Origin: an uncultured Planctomycetales bacterium
Lineage (GTDB): Bacteria; Omnitrophota; Gorgyraeia; Zapsychrales; GWA2-47-8
NCBI GenBank assembly: GCA_964364715.1
Contig: CAYING010000003.1
Coordinates: forward strand, 3,764-67,763
DNA: 64,000 nt
Direction: 5' to 3'
Positions 47,275 through 55,753 of the stretch are shown here, piece by piece. A model generated the notes under the pieces. That model was not told the origin of the DNA. It made no database searches and saw nothing but the letters and a program-made list of their open reading frames with translations. Both the position numbers and the translations under genes were made by a program. The stretch's first letter is position 1, and each line of letters begins with the position of its first letter.

Positions 47275-48045
47275 TTACACCAAGCCTAAGGCTAAAAGAA
47301 GGGCGATCACAGCCAGCATGGCCGAGACAATTTTCTGTACGGCCGCCATCGTGATCTTTTTCAAAAGGCGTGTTCCGGCAAAAACCCCGGTGAACGCGGC
47401 CAGTGTTGCAGAGAGCAGCAATAATTTATTCTCTCCGACGCTGGAAGATAAATGCCCGGAGTAGACAAAGATCCGGCTCACATCGACCAAACAGGCGATC
47501 ACCACACCGGTTGCGATAAAACTTTCCTTGCTCAAATTGCACCGGACCAAAAACGCCGCGCGTAGCGCCCCTTGATGCCCGGAAAGCCCGCCCAAGAATC
47601 CACTCACCGCACCACCCACCGGTAAAAATTTTAATGGAAAAGAAATTTTAGAAAACGCCGGGCTCATTTCGAGGACTAAAAAAAGAATGATCAGAGCCGC
47701 GACCGCCAATTTTATAAACGTCACTTCGAATATCCGTCCACCCAAACTGTACGACAGAACCGGCGTTACGCTTTCCAATAAAAATAATATTTTGGCCCCC
47801 AAAAATGCCGCCGCAAAAGCCGAGGCGCCAAATCTTAAAACCACGTCCCGGCGCGCGGATCTTCCCAGTAAAATTAATTTAAAGAAATTATTCGCGAAAT
47901 GAACAACCGCGGTCAACGCGATCGCCGTGTCGAGCGGAAAAAAAATTGCCATGGCCGGCATGAGGATCGTTCCCAGGCCGAACCCGGAAAACAGCGTCAA
48001 AAGCGATGCCCCTAACGCGACGAGGCAGATAAAAAAAACTTCCAT
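47275..48045 (-). CDS. TauE/SafE (TSUP, DUF81) family membrane exporter
   Basis: Eight TM segments with duplicated GxxxG-rich halves. ATG fused to the end of repeat copy C1. Confidence 0.75.
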   Translation of the reverse strand: MEVFFICLVALGASLLTLFSGFGLGTILMPAMAIFFPLDTAIALTAVVHFANNFFKLILLGRSARRDVVLRFGASAFAAAFLGAKILFLLESVTPVLSYSLGGRIFEVTFIKLAVAALIILFLVLEMSPAFSKISFPLKFLPVGGAVSGFLGGLSGHQGALRAAFLVRCNLSKESFIATGVVIACLVDVSRIFVYSGHLSSSVGENKLLLLSATLAAFTGVFAGTRLLKKITMAAVQKIVSAMLAVIALLLALGLV

Positions 48046-48157
48046 CCCAATTTTCCTTTATAATCCCAAATTATCATATAGATGAAATTGGGATAAGTAC
48101 CTGCCTACCGGCAGGCAGGCTTGTTACATCTAATGCTATTTTAGGGAGAACAAGTAC
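48044..48157 (-). repeat. MITE-like hairpin repeat, copy C1 (with GC-rich nested insert)
   Basis: Tandem with C2. Insert ctgcctaccggcaggcaggc lies between GTACC and TTGTTAC. Confidence 0.8.
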
Positions 48158-48270
48158 ATCCCAATTTTCCTTTATTAATCCCATTTATCGTATAGATGAA
48201 ATTGGGATAAGTACCTGCCTACCGGCAGGCAGGCTTGTTACATCTAATATTTTTAGGGAAAACAAGTACA
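48158..48270 (-). repeat. MITE-like hairpin repeat, copy C2
   Basis: Head-to-tail with C1. About 95 percent identical. Confidence 0.8.
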
Positions 48271-48279
48271 TAAAAAAAC

Positions 48280-49197
48280 CTACGTTTTCTTGCTTTTCCA
48301 GCGACGGTGCAGCCATCCGCCCCATTCCGCGGGATAACGGCGGACATAACTTTCGATCACCTTCGAAAGCTGCGCAACATTACGTGTCGTATCTTCTTCG
48401 CTTCCCTGCGTCGCTTCCAGGACGACCGGCGGGTCGATGTGGATCTTAAAATGGTCTTTGCCGTCGCGGGTGATAAAGGTCGGTAAGATCGGCGAGCCCA
48501 ATCGCTGCGAAAAGATCACCGGGCCGGTTCCCGTCGCGGCCGGCTGTCCGAAAAAATCCACGAACACACGCCCGTCATCGCCGTAATTCTGGTCGAGCAG
48601 GATAAAAAGGGCCTCATTCGCTCTCAAACTCTTCAACGAGTTCACAATACATTCTCGGTGCGGCAAAGAATGGATCGTATGGATCCCGTTTTTAGCACGA
48701 AGGTTAAAAGTATATTTTTCAAACTCCGGGTCCCGCATCCGCCGCATAATGCAGTTGATTTTATACCCTTCCGCGGCGAGCCGCATCATCATCAGAACAA
48801 AATTCCCGAAATGGGCGCTCAACAAGACCACGCCGTTGCCTTTTGCTAAAGCCGCATCAAGGTTTTCCTTCCCTTGAATAGTGACTTTCTTGATGACTTC
48901 CTTTGGTTTATCCAAAAAATAGACAAGCTCGATCATCCCCAGACCGAAATTATCAAAGGCCTTTTGCGCCAGCTCACGGATCTCTTGCTCCGACTTCTCC
49001 TTACCGAAGGCCATCCGCAAATTTTCCAAGGTTAAACGTTTCTTGCTCTGCAGGGCCAGTTGACCGATCGCGATAAAGACAAAGGCCATGGCCTTATAGA
49101 CCGGGTACGGCAGACGGCGGATAATAAAATGCGCGGTCTTAAGCGCCTTGCGGCCCAGCGAACGCGAGAACCTTGCCTGAAATGAATCTGAACTCAT
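48280..49197 (-). CDS. Lipid A biosynthesis (Kdo2-lipid IVA) lauroyl/myristoyl acyltransferase, LpxL/HtrB family
   Basis: N-terminal TM anchor, then acyltransferase family segments (LLSAHFGNF, LLDQNYG, PATGTGPV). ATG at 49197 is preceded by AAGGGG. The track's GTG start at 49251 lies inside a terminator T-run. Confidence 0.7.
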   Translation of the reverse strand: MSSDSFQARFSRSLGRKALKTAHFIIRRLPYPVYKAMAFVFIAIGQLALQSKKRLTLENLRMAFGKEKSEQEIRELAQKAFDNFGLGMIELVYFLDKPKEVIKKVTIQGKENLDAALAKGNGVVLLSAHFGNFVLMMMRLAAEGYKINCIMRRMRDPEFEKYTFNLRAKNGIHTIHSLPHRECIVNSLKSLRANEALFILLDQNYGDDGRVFVDFFGQPAATGTGPVIFSQRLGSPILPTFITRDGKDHFKIHIDPPVVLEATQGSEEDTTRNVAQLSKVIESYVRRYPAEWGGWLHRRWKSKKT

Positions 49198-49248
49198 AAA
49201 AATTTCCCCTTGATAAATATTTCTCAAAAATGTGCCAACATTGTAGCA

Positions 49249-49285
49249 CAAAAAAGAGGACAGCTCACCAAGAACTGTCCTCTTT
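49249..49285 (-). terminator. Intrinsic terminator immediately followed by an extended -10 promoter (TGcTACAAT) for the acyltransferase gene
   Basis: Minus strand: aagaggacagttcttggtgagctgtcctcttttttgtgctacaatg. Confidence 0.55.
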
Positions 49286-49457
49286 CAGGTACGCATATGA
49301 GGCATAATGCTGATTCCTCCTCGACCTTTCGTCAATGATCATTCACTCTATTCCAGCAGAGAAGAAAGGTCGTTATATTGACGACCTCTGATCATTTAGA
49401 AAAGTCAATCCTGATTTCCTCTAAATAATTTATTAAGGAAAATCATGGATCAATAGT

Positions 49458-49700
49458 TTAAAAACGCCGACGAGCATTATTTTGATTTGCCTCATTGCCG
49501 TTGCCTTTCAGCCGGCGGATGTACGACGCAAGCACCGTGCTGATCTCGGTCTGTCCGACGCCGAGCTCTTTAGCCGAGCCGATCAGTTCAGTGCACTCTT
49601 CGTAACGCTCCGCTGCCAAGGCCTCCTGCAGATACAAGAGGGCCGTGACTTGAAGCGCGTTTTCCGCCGTCTGATTGTTTTGCACCATTACATTACGCAT
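49458..49700 (-). CDS. Small hypothetical protein (about 80 aa)
   Basis: ATG preceded by AGGAGG at 8-nt spacing. No known motif. Confidence 0.45.
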   Translation of the reverse strand: MRNVMVQNNQTAENALQVTALLYLQEALAAERYEECTELIGSAKELGVGQTEISTVLASYIRRLKGNGNEANQNNARRRF

Positions 49701-49770
49701 TTTTTTCACCTCCTTTCAATGAGCGCTTGACTTACGGAAGCTTTAGCGACGTAAGTCAATTGCGCGAATT

Positions 49771-49845
49771 GACCCCGCCGGCTTCGCAGAGGCGGGGGAA
49801 TTGATCCCGCCTCTTGCGAAGCGGCGGGATGTTTTCCGGCAGTAA
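49771..49845. repeat. GC-rich double-hairpin repeat, copy 2
   Basis: gaccccgccggcttcgcagaggcgggggaattgatcccgcctcttgcgaagcggcggga. Compare 41553..41620. Confidence 0.7.
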
Positions 49846-49908
49846 TTTACGTTTCCGCCTGATGCGGATCCGCCTCAGGCGGACATTGCATTCCGTAAAT
49901 TACGCCGT

Positions 49909-50131
49909 CAAACAAAAACCCCCGCTCCTTGTTTCGCAAGAAGCGGGGGTTTCAAAATTCAGAATCTGTTCTGTTTATTTACCTAACGAATCCGGAAACA
50001 CCCCTTCCCGCGCGCTTTCTCCAAACCGGGAAAAGCATAATGGTGCAGGTCGCGCAGTGTTTATGATTCGTTAATTTTTGCATTTGATCTTCCCTGCCCC
50101 GCCACAGGCGGGGCTTAATGTTCTTAACAGC
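49909..50131 (-). ncRNA. Candidate small RNA or micropeptide transcript, bounded by a consensus promoter and an intrinsic terminator
   Basis: Promoter TTGACA-17-TATATT at 50138..50166 (minus strand). Terminator cccccgcttcttgcgaaacaaggagcgggggtttttgttt at about 49909..49950. Internal nested hairpins. Optional 34-codon ORF at 49979..50083 (MQKLTNHKHCATCTIMLFPVWRKRAGRGVSGFVR). Confidence 0.4.
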
Positions 50132-50137
50132 GTTTAA

Positions 50138-50166
50138 AATATACCACGGTCGACCAACCCTGTCAA
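50138..50166 (-). promoter_or_regulatory. Near-consensus sigma70 promoter (TTGACA-N17-TATATT), divergent from the amidase promoter
   Basis: Plus strand: aatata(50138-50143) + 17 nt + tgtcaa(50161-50166). Confidence 0.55.
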
Positions 50167-50170
50167 CGGC

Positions 50171-50216
50171 TGAAATTGAACGTGAAATTGAACGTGAAAT
50201 TGAACAGTGAACAGTG
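50171..50216. repeat. Tandem direct repeats (3 x TGAAATTGAACG plus GTGAACAGTGAACAGTG) between two divergent promoters
   Basis: tgaaattgaacg tgaaattgaacg tgaaattgaaca gtgaacagtg. Confidence 0.8.
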
Positions 50217-50234
50217 CCCGCGGCCGGCATTTTA

Positions 50235-50243
50235 TGCTAAAAT
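50235..50243 (+). promoter_or_regulatory. Extended -10 element TGcTAAAAT, 9 nt upstream of the amidase ATG (near-leaderless transcript)
   Basis: tgctaaaat, then acggcaata, then ATG at 50253. No Shine-Dalgarno sequence. Confidence 0.4.
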
Positions 50244-50252
50244 ACGGCAATA

Positions 50253-50978
50253 ATGGCCAAGGCAAACAAGTTCATCCCATTCTTAATTTTTCTCGCCCTG
50301 ACGGCAGCCTCATGCTCGACGGTCCCGAAAAAACCGGTCACGGCCCCTGTCCCGCCCCCCGGGCGCTCCACCGTTAAACATGTCGTCGGCCCCGGAGAAA
50401 CGCTGTGGCGCATCAGTAAAATTTACGACGTTCCCGCCGCGGCGATCCTGCAGGCGAATAGTTTAAAAAGCCGAAACCTCGCAATGGGAAGCACGCTCCG
50501 GATCCCGAAGGCCAAGGACGCCGAACAGCCGATCACTCTTTATCCGTCGAGAAAATGGAAATACATCATCATCCACCACAGCGCGACGAAAAAGGGAAGT
50601 TCGCTTGCGTTCAATAAAGCTCACCAGGCAAAAGGCTGGGACATGGTCGGGTACGATTTCATCATCGACAACGGCAGCGGCGGGAAACCGGACGGTTTTA
50701 TCGAGATCACTCCTCGCTGGCTGAAACAACTCGACGGGGCGCATTGCAAGGCCTCGGACATGAACTCCAAGGCGATCGGGATCTGTTTGGTGGGAGATTT
50801 CAATGAAGACCGGTTATCCTTCGCCCAGCGCAGATCTTTGGACGAACTCGTGAACAAACTGCGCGCCTATTACAAGATCCCGGGGAAGAACATTTTACGC
50901 CACGGTGAAGTCCGCGGCGCCCATACCGACTGCCCGGGTAAAAAATTCCCTTGGGAAAAATTTAAACACGGACTTTGA
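50253..50978 (+). CDS. Lipoprotein with LysM domain and N-acetylmuramoyl-L-alanine amidase (Amidase_2/PGRP) domain
   Basis: Lipobox LTAASC. LysM (HVVGPGETLWRISKIYDV). Amidase_2 motifs (IIHHSAT, GYDFIID, HTDCPG). The only convincing plus-strand gene. Confidence 0.85.
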   Translation: MAKANKFIPFLIFLALTAASCSTVPKKPVTAPVPPPGRSTVKHVVGPGETLWRISKIYDVPAAAILQANSLKSRNLAMGSTLRIPKAKDAEQPITLYPSRKWKYIIIHHSATKKGSSLAFNKAHQAKGWDMVGYDFIIDNGSGGKPDGFIEITPRWLKQLDGAHCKASDMNSKAIGICLVGDFNEDRLSFAQRRSLDELVNKLRAYYKIPGKNILRHGEVRGAHTDCPGKKFPWEKFKHGL

Positions 50979-51121
50979 GTACTTTATTCCCTCGACTCAA
51001 AAGTATTATAAATCTCAAATTTTAACGACCGCGGCGACGCCCGGATATCCGGACGGTTGCGCGCTTTAACTTCTCTTCATCAGGTTGCGTCCCAAAGCTC
51101 TCTGAGCCTGTTGAAATTTCT

Positions 51122-51607
51122 TCAAAAAATATCTTCATTCTCTTTCGAAACCAAAAATTCTATAACCTCAATTGTTTCGCCTGTTTTAAGAATTCCTTCT
51201 TTAAGAACCCGCGCATACATCCCATGCTTACCGGCAGCGTCTTCTTTAAGCCGCGGATGGATAGCATCCATCACATAACAGGGTTTTCGAATTTTTGATA
51301 TTTCTAATATTACACCGCCGGAGAATTTAAGAATAGCCCCCATCGGGAGTTCATTCACATTAAGATTTTTTACCGTTAAATTTTCTCCGGCTTGGCCCGG
51401 GCTTAAGATATAACCGTTTTGGCTGAGTTCGGCTAATTTTTCTAAATCCTGGATACAAACAGCTTGAAAAGGCGTGTTATGTTTAGCGTGATTATGCCCG
51501 TCGCCTTCTAATCCGGCAACAGTTAATCGAATCGAAGGAACAGGGATCTTGGGAATTCCTCCTTCAGAAATATTAATAGAAAGAACTATGGGAACATTAT
51601 TCTGCAC
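51122..51607 (-). CDS. MOSC-domain protein (YiiM-like)
   Basis: MOSC beta-barrel segments (GENLTVKNLNVNELPMGAILKFSGGVILEISKIRKPC). Confidence 0.65.
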   Translation of the reverse strand: MQNNVPIVLSINISEGGIPKIPVPSIRLTVAGLEGDGHNHAKHNTPFQAVCIQDLEKLAELSQNGYILSPGQAGENLTVKNLNVNELPMGAILKFSGGVILEISKIRKPCYVMDAIHPRLKEDAAGKHGMYARVLKEGILKTGETIEVIEFLVSKENEDIF

Positions 51608-51618
51608 CTATGCGCTCC

Positions 51619-52350
51619 TTACGACGTTTCTTTACTTCTTCTCTGTGTTAACATCACAATGCCTATGGAAATCACATAAAGAATAAAAATCGGCATGGCC
51701 ATAAACGCCATATTAAAGGCATCCGGTGTCGGCGTGATAAAAGCCGAAAAAATTATCGAGCCGGCGACAGCAATCTTCCAATGACGGATCATTGTTTGAG
51801 CTGTTAAAATATTTAATTTGGCTAAAAAAAACGCTAAAAGAGGTATTTCAAAAACAAGCCCGCCGGCCAGCATAAAGAGAAGAACAAAAGAAATATAAGA
51901 ATCCAAAGATATAAGAAACTGCAGCTCTCCTCTTCCAATGTTTAAAAGAAATTTTAGCGAGGCAGGAATTAAGAAATAAAAACTCAACAGCGCCCCCATG
52001 ATAAAAAGCCCTGTCCCTGAAAAAATAAGAAGCGCGCCATACCACGCCAGCGATTCCTCTACGGCTGGACGTATAAACATCCAGATTTCATATAACAAAA
52101 CGGGCAGAGCAAAAATAAGACCAAAGAAAAATGCCATCTTGAAAAAAGTGAGGATAGCTGCGGTAGGACTAAACACGGAAAGAGTCCCCAGATAATGCCC
52201 TCCGGGAATTTTCAACCATTGCAAAAGGCCTTCACTAAAATAAAAACCCGCCATCGAAGAAATAACAAAAACGATGATAATAATAAATAATCTTTTTCTA
52301 ATTTCGTCCAAATGCTCTAACATCGGAAGTCTTAAATCTTTTCCTGCCAT
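51619..52350 (-). CDS. tatC: Twin-arginine translocase subunit TatC
   Basis: Six TM helices with TatC family segments (HLDEIRKRL, FIRPAV, PTPD). Confidence 0.9.
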   Translation of the reverse strand: MAGKDLRLPMLEHLDEIRKRLFIIIIVFVISSMAGFYFSEGLLQWLKIPGGHYLGTLSVFSPTAAILTFFKMAFFFGLIFALPVLLYEIWMFIRPAVEESLAWYGALLIFSGTGLFIMGALLSFYFLIPASLKFLLNIGRGELQFLISLDSYISFVLLFMLAGGLVFEIPLLAFFLAKLNILTAQTMIRHWKIAVAGSIIFSAFITPTPDAFNMAFMAMPIFILYVISIGIVMLTQRRSKETS

Positions 52351-53343
52351 TTATCCCCCGATCTGATACATCGGCTGCTCAATATGATCAATCCGGCTTA
52401 ATGGTTTCATTTTCAAAACGGTTTTTAGAATTCCCCGATATTCTTCCCGCGGCACACCGCGCAAATTTACCCCGGCCTCAGACATAATACAGGCTCTTAA
52501 CTTGCCCGTTGCCGTCAGCCGCAGGCGGGAACAGAAAGAACAAAAGGCTTGCGATTCTGAGGCAATGAATCCAACTTTCGCGCCTGCCGGAGTCGTGAAA
52601 TTAAAAGAGGTGGAATCCCGATTGACCGACTGCGGTAATAATGTTTCGGATTCTTCGATCTTTTTTATAATCTCCCGGGCCGGCATAAAATTAAGGCTGT
52701 GATTTTGATGGGAACAGCCTATTTTCATTAACTCCAAGAATCGGACTTCAATAGCGTGATCGGCGGAAAATTTAACAAAATCCATGATCTCGTCATCATT
52801 GACCCCGCGCATCACCACAGTATTGACCTTTACCTTAAACCCTTGCGCCTTTGTTTGAAGAACGGCTTCATAAACTTTTTGAAAATATTTTGTCTTTGTA
52901 ATCTCATGGAATCGCCCGGCTCGCAGGCTGTCTAAGCTTATATTAATATGCTGACAGCGTGTTTGCTTTAAAAATTCAAGTTTCTCTACCAATAAAAAAC
53001 CATTCGTCGTTAGTCCTATCTTTCTTAACGGCAGCCTGGAAAGTCCTTCGACAATCGATTCAAAGTCTTTTCTTAAAGTAGGCTCTCCGCCTGAAATTCT
53101 TATCTCATCGATCCCGAAATCAGCCAAGGCGGAGCATATTTCCAGCAACTCACCGGAGGAAAGAAGCGCTGAGGAGGGTAAAAATTCAGGCGTCAAAGGC
53201 ATGCAATAAAAACAGCGGAAATTGCAGGCATCGGTTAGTTGAACCCGCAACTTATGAATTTGCCGGCCATGAGCGTCGGCTAAAATTGACTTCGATTCCA
53301 TCTTTTCCTTTCCGATCACGGGAAGCCGCATTGTTTCCAACAC
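52351..53343 (-). CDS. moaA: GTP 3',8-cyclase MoaA (radical SAM, molybdenum cofactor biosynthesis)
   Basis: Radical SAM motif CNFRCFYC. C-terminal second cluster CSFCSRLRLTATGKLRAC. The true start may be the internal Met at about 53301. Confidence 0.9.
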   Translation of the reverse strand: MLETMRLPVIGKEKMESKSILADAHGRQIHKLRVQLTDACNFRCFYCMPLTPEFLPSSALLSSGELLEICSALADFGIDEIRISGGEPTLRKDFESIVEGLSRLPLRKIGLTTNGFLLVEKLEFLKQTRCQHINISLDSLRAGRFHEITKTKYFQKVYEAVLQTKAQGFKVKVNTVVMRGVNDDEIMDFVKFSADHAIEVRFLELMKIGCSHQNHSLNFMPAREIIKKIEESETLLPQSVNRDSTSFNFTTPAGAKVGFIASESQAFCSFCSRLRLTATGKLRACIMSEAGVNLRGVPREEYRGILKTVLKMKPLSRIDHIEQPMYQIGG

Positions 53344-53441
53344 AGCCGTCAGCCTCTACTATCAGTCAGCTCGCAGGGGCATCGTCCTTAAGACCATGGC
53401 CGAAGCTTCAGGTCTTAAGGATTAGGGAATTTGATGTTTAT

Positions 53442-53642
53442 TTAAACATTCTTTGGCGTCGAATCTTTATATTTATCTTCTTTTGTATCGGCTGCATCAT
53501 CATTGATACTTTTAAAAGCATTCTTGAATTCTTTAAAACCTTTACCGAGTCCCTTAGCAATTTCAGGAATATTCTTGGCGCCAAATAAAAGAAAAATTAT
53601 TAAAAAGATTACTATAAGTTCTTGCATCCCCAAGCCAAACAT
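53442..53642 (-). CDS. tatA: Twin-arginine translocase subunit TatA/E, copy 1
   Basis: MFGLGMQELIVIFLIIFLLFGAKNIPEIAKGLGKGFKEFK. Confidence 0.85.
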   Translation of the reverse strand: MFGLGMQELIVIFLIIFLLFGAKNIPEIAKGLGKGFKEFKNAFKSINDDAADTKEDKYKDSTPKNV

Positions 53643-53724
53643 AAACCGGCTCCTTTATTAGTCTATCAACTTTAACTGCTTTTCGGGCATTTTTCCCAAA
53701 TCGATCATTTATCAAAATCAAACA

Positions 53725-54387
53725 TTAAAATCGAATAACATAATTTAGTTTAATTGTTGATACATTATCCTTCCCGGATTGTGTCGGGAATGACACCCAG
53801 CTTTCAAGAAGGAAATTGCCTCCTATGTCATAAATAAAACCGGCGCTGGAAGTCACATTATGACGGTCGTTTGTTTGAATAAGATCCGTTCTTAAAGTAA
53901 AATCGCGTTCAAACAATTTTACGGTTTTATCTAGGCCGACAAAACCACCCTCATTGTCTCGCTGCAGTGTTCCTCCGATATGAAAACGAACAACATTAAA
54001 ATCATGACTAAAGGCCAGATAATAATCTTCCCACCCTAATCTAGCCCGGTCACCGAGGTTAGCAACGCCGACAGCAACAGCCGTTTTTTCATCAAGCGCA
54101 AAACGGTATTTAATCTGGCCCCTCAGTGTTTCCTCAAGCGCCGGTTCAGGGAATATCCGGCCATCCAAGCCCACTTCGAGATTCTTTATAATACCATATT
54201 TAAATCCCGTAAAATAATCAGGCTTATTATTTTTGCCGACTTCGGTAATGACCTGCACAACGAGGACTTTCTCCGGAACAACATCCGCCGTTGGGATGTT
54301 GTTTAATCCTGTTGGTGTTGCAAAACTTGTTTGCGCAGTCAACAAAAGAAGAGTTCCAACAATTCCTAACGACCGTTTTCCCGACAT
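53725..54387 (-). CDS. Small outer-membrane beta-barrel protein
   Basis: Signal peptide. Amphipathic strands. C-terminal …NYVIRF. Confidence 0.5.
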   Translation of the reverse strand: MSGKRSLGIVGTLLLLTAQTSFATPTGLNNIPTADVVPEKVLVVQVITEVGKNNKPDYFTGFKYGIIKNLEVGLDGRIFPEPALEETLRGQIKYRFALDEKTAVAVGVANLGDRARLGWEDYYLAFSHDFNVVRFHIGGTLQRDNEGGFVGLDKTVKLFERDFTLRTDLIQTNDRHNVTSSAGFIYDIGGNFLLESWVSFPTQSGKDNVSTIKLNYVIRF

Positions 54388-54405
54388 ACGATATCCCCTT
54401 TTTTT

Positions 54406-55704
54406 CTAGAATTTGATGACGATATCCGCTTCGAGAACTTGATCATTAGCCTTCGCGCCGCTGATCACTCGAGAATTATAATAATCCAACCCTAATGCGA
54501 CATTGTCCATAAGGCCGTAATCGATAATGAATTCCCAGCCTCTGGCGTTGGTACCGCCGCTATTTAAGTCCGCATCCGGGAAAATATCAACAAAAGAATC
54601 GTTTTCGAGCCTCGAATATTGGCCCAGGACCATCCAATCTCTCTTCTTTTTGACCTTTTTCCCGAATTGAACTCCCGCGCGCCAAGCGTCATTTTTTTTG
54701 TCATTGGTGACAGCTAAATTATCCGCATATTCACCGATCAACGTGATAGGAACGCCTACACCTAATGGATCATTAAAGGTAAGCTCGACGGTTGGACTGA
54801 GCACGTTAAAATCTTCCAAGATTCTTGCAACACCAACGGTAGTTGAGGTATTGGTGCTCTTTTTTTCTTCCAATTTACTTGTTACATACCCTTCCATATT
54901 ATGAAAATTATAATAGGCTAATCCGGATTTCAATTTGGCCGTTTCCCCGATTTTCATTTCTTCCCCAAACTGAAAGACCGACAAGGCCAAATCGGATGCC
55001 CCAGCGGTATTATTATCCAGCGGGAAATATCCGCTAACCAAAAATAATTCTGTTTCAGGCAACTTGGTGCCTTTAAAAACAGTCTTTTTAGATTTCACCG
55101 CGAAACCGTCAAAGCGGATGTCTGAATCCCATAACATGTCTGTATGAAAAAATGGGCTTTCAAATTTACCACCGAGAAAAGTTAACCATTTCGTTGGTTC
55201 ATACTGGGCATAAGCATAATTAAGCCATATGGCCTTGGATTGAAATTCCTGTTCCAAAGTTTGATTGGTTGAGGTCGGAGCGTCGCTGCTGCCGGTCGCA
55301 AGACCAAAACCGATTTTAAGCTGATCATTAACTTTTGTCTTGGCGCCATAACGGAATCTTACTCTCGTGCGGTTATCATTCTCACCGCCTGGGCCCGGCT
55401 TCTCGATCATCTCATAACGAAGGCGCAAATCACCGCTGAATTCCGTGTTCTTAACCCATTTAGGCGTGTCTTTTGCGTTTTTCTCTAAGGCAGTCACCCG
55501 CTCCTCGACACCTTCCGGAACCTCCGCCTTCTTATCCGTCTTGACTTCTTGAGCGGCGCTATCGATATCGGATTGAGTAATAATGCCCTTATTAATAAGG
55601 GCTTTTAAAATAATTTCTGCCTGTTGGTCGGCAAACGTGTTTTGGCTAGAAGCCAAAAATAAACTTAAAAACAAAATAATAATTAATATTCCTTTTTTGT
55701 GCAT
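54406..55704 (-). CDS. Outer-membrane porin-like beta-barrel protein
   Basis: Start at the internal Met MHKKGILIIILFLSLFLASS, preceded by AGGAGGGAG. Ends …EADIVIKF. The track's upstream extension would overlap the molybdoenzyme gene. Confidence 0.6.
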   Translation of the reverse strand: MHKKGILIIILFLSLFLASSQNTFADQQAEIILKALINKGIITQSDIDSAAQEVKTDKKAEVPEGVEERVTALEKNAKDTPKWVKNTEFSGDLRLRYEMIEKPGPGGENDNRTRVRFRYGAKTKVNDQLKIGFGLATGSSDAPTSTNQTLEQEFQSKAIWLNYAYAQYEPTKWLTFLGGKFESPFFHTDMLWDSDIRFDGFAVKSKKTVFKGTKLPETELFLVSGYFPLDNNTAGASDLALSVFQFGEEMKIGETAKLKSGLAYYNFHNMEGYVTSKLEEKKSTNTSTTVGVARILEDFNVLSPTVELTFNDPLGVGVPITLIGEYADNLAVTNDKKNDAWRAGVQFGKKVKKKRDWMVLGQYSRLENDSFVDIFPDADLNSGGTNARGWEFIIDYGLMDNVALGLDYYNSRVISGAKANDQVLEADIVIKF

Positions 55705-55753
55705 GTGTTCTCTCCCTCCTATTTTGAAAGTGAATCTATTCGATTCGAACAAT

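Noticed and set aside
48044-48270. Two direct ~113-bp repeats with internal palindromes, superficially CRISPR-like
   Set aside because: Only two units, directly abutting with no spacers. The unit is much longer than CRISPR repeats and belongs to the dispersed MITE-like family. No cas genes.
49979-50230. 83-aa minus-strand ORF
   Set aside because: Its N-terminal part (SISRSISRSIS) is the translation of the tandem 12-bp repeats, and it reads across a promoter. Only the last 34 codons (49979..50083) are kept as an optional micropeptide within the candidate sRNA.
51040-51053. Perfect 12-bp palindrome CCGGATATCCGG in the convergent gap between the amidase and MOSC genes
   Set aside because: Too short and loop-less to call a terminator or operator with any confidence. 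It could be a restriction/modification site by chance.
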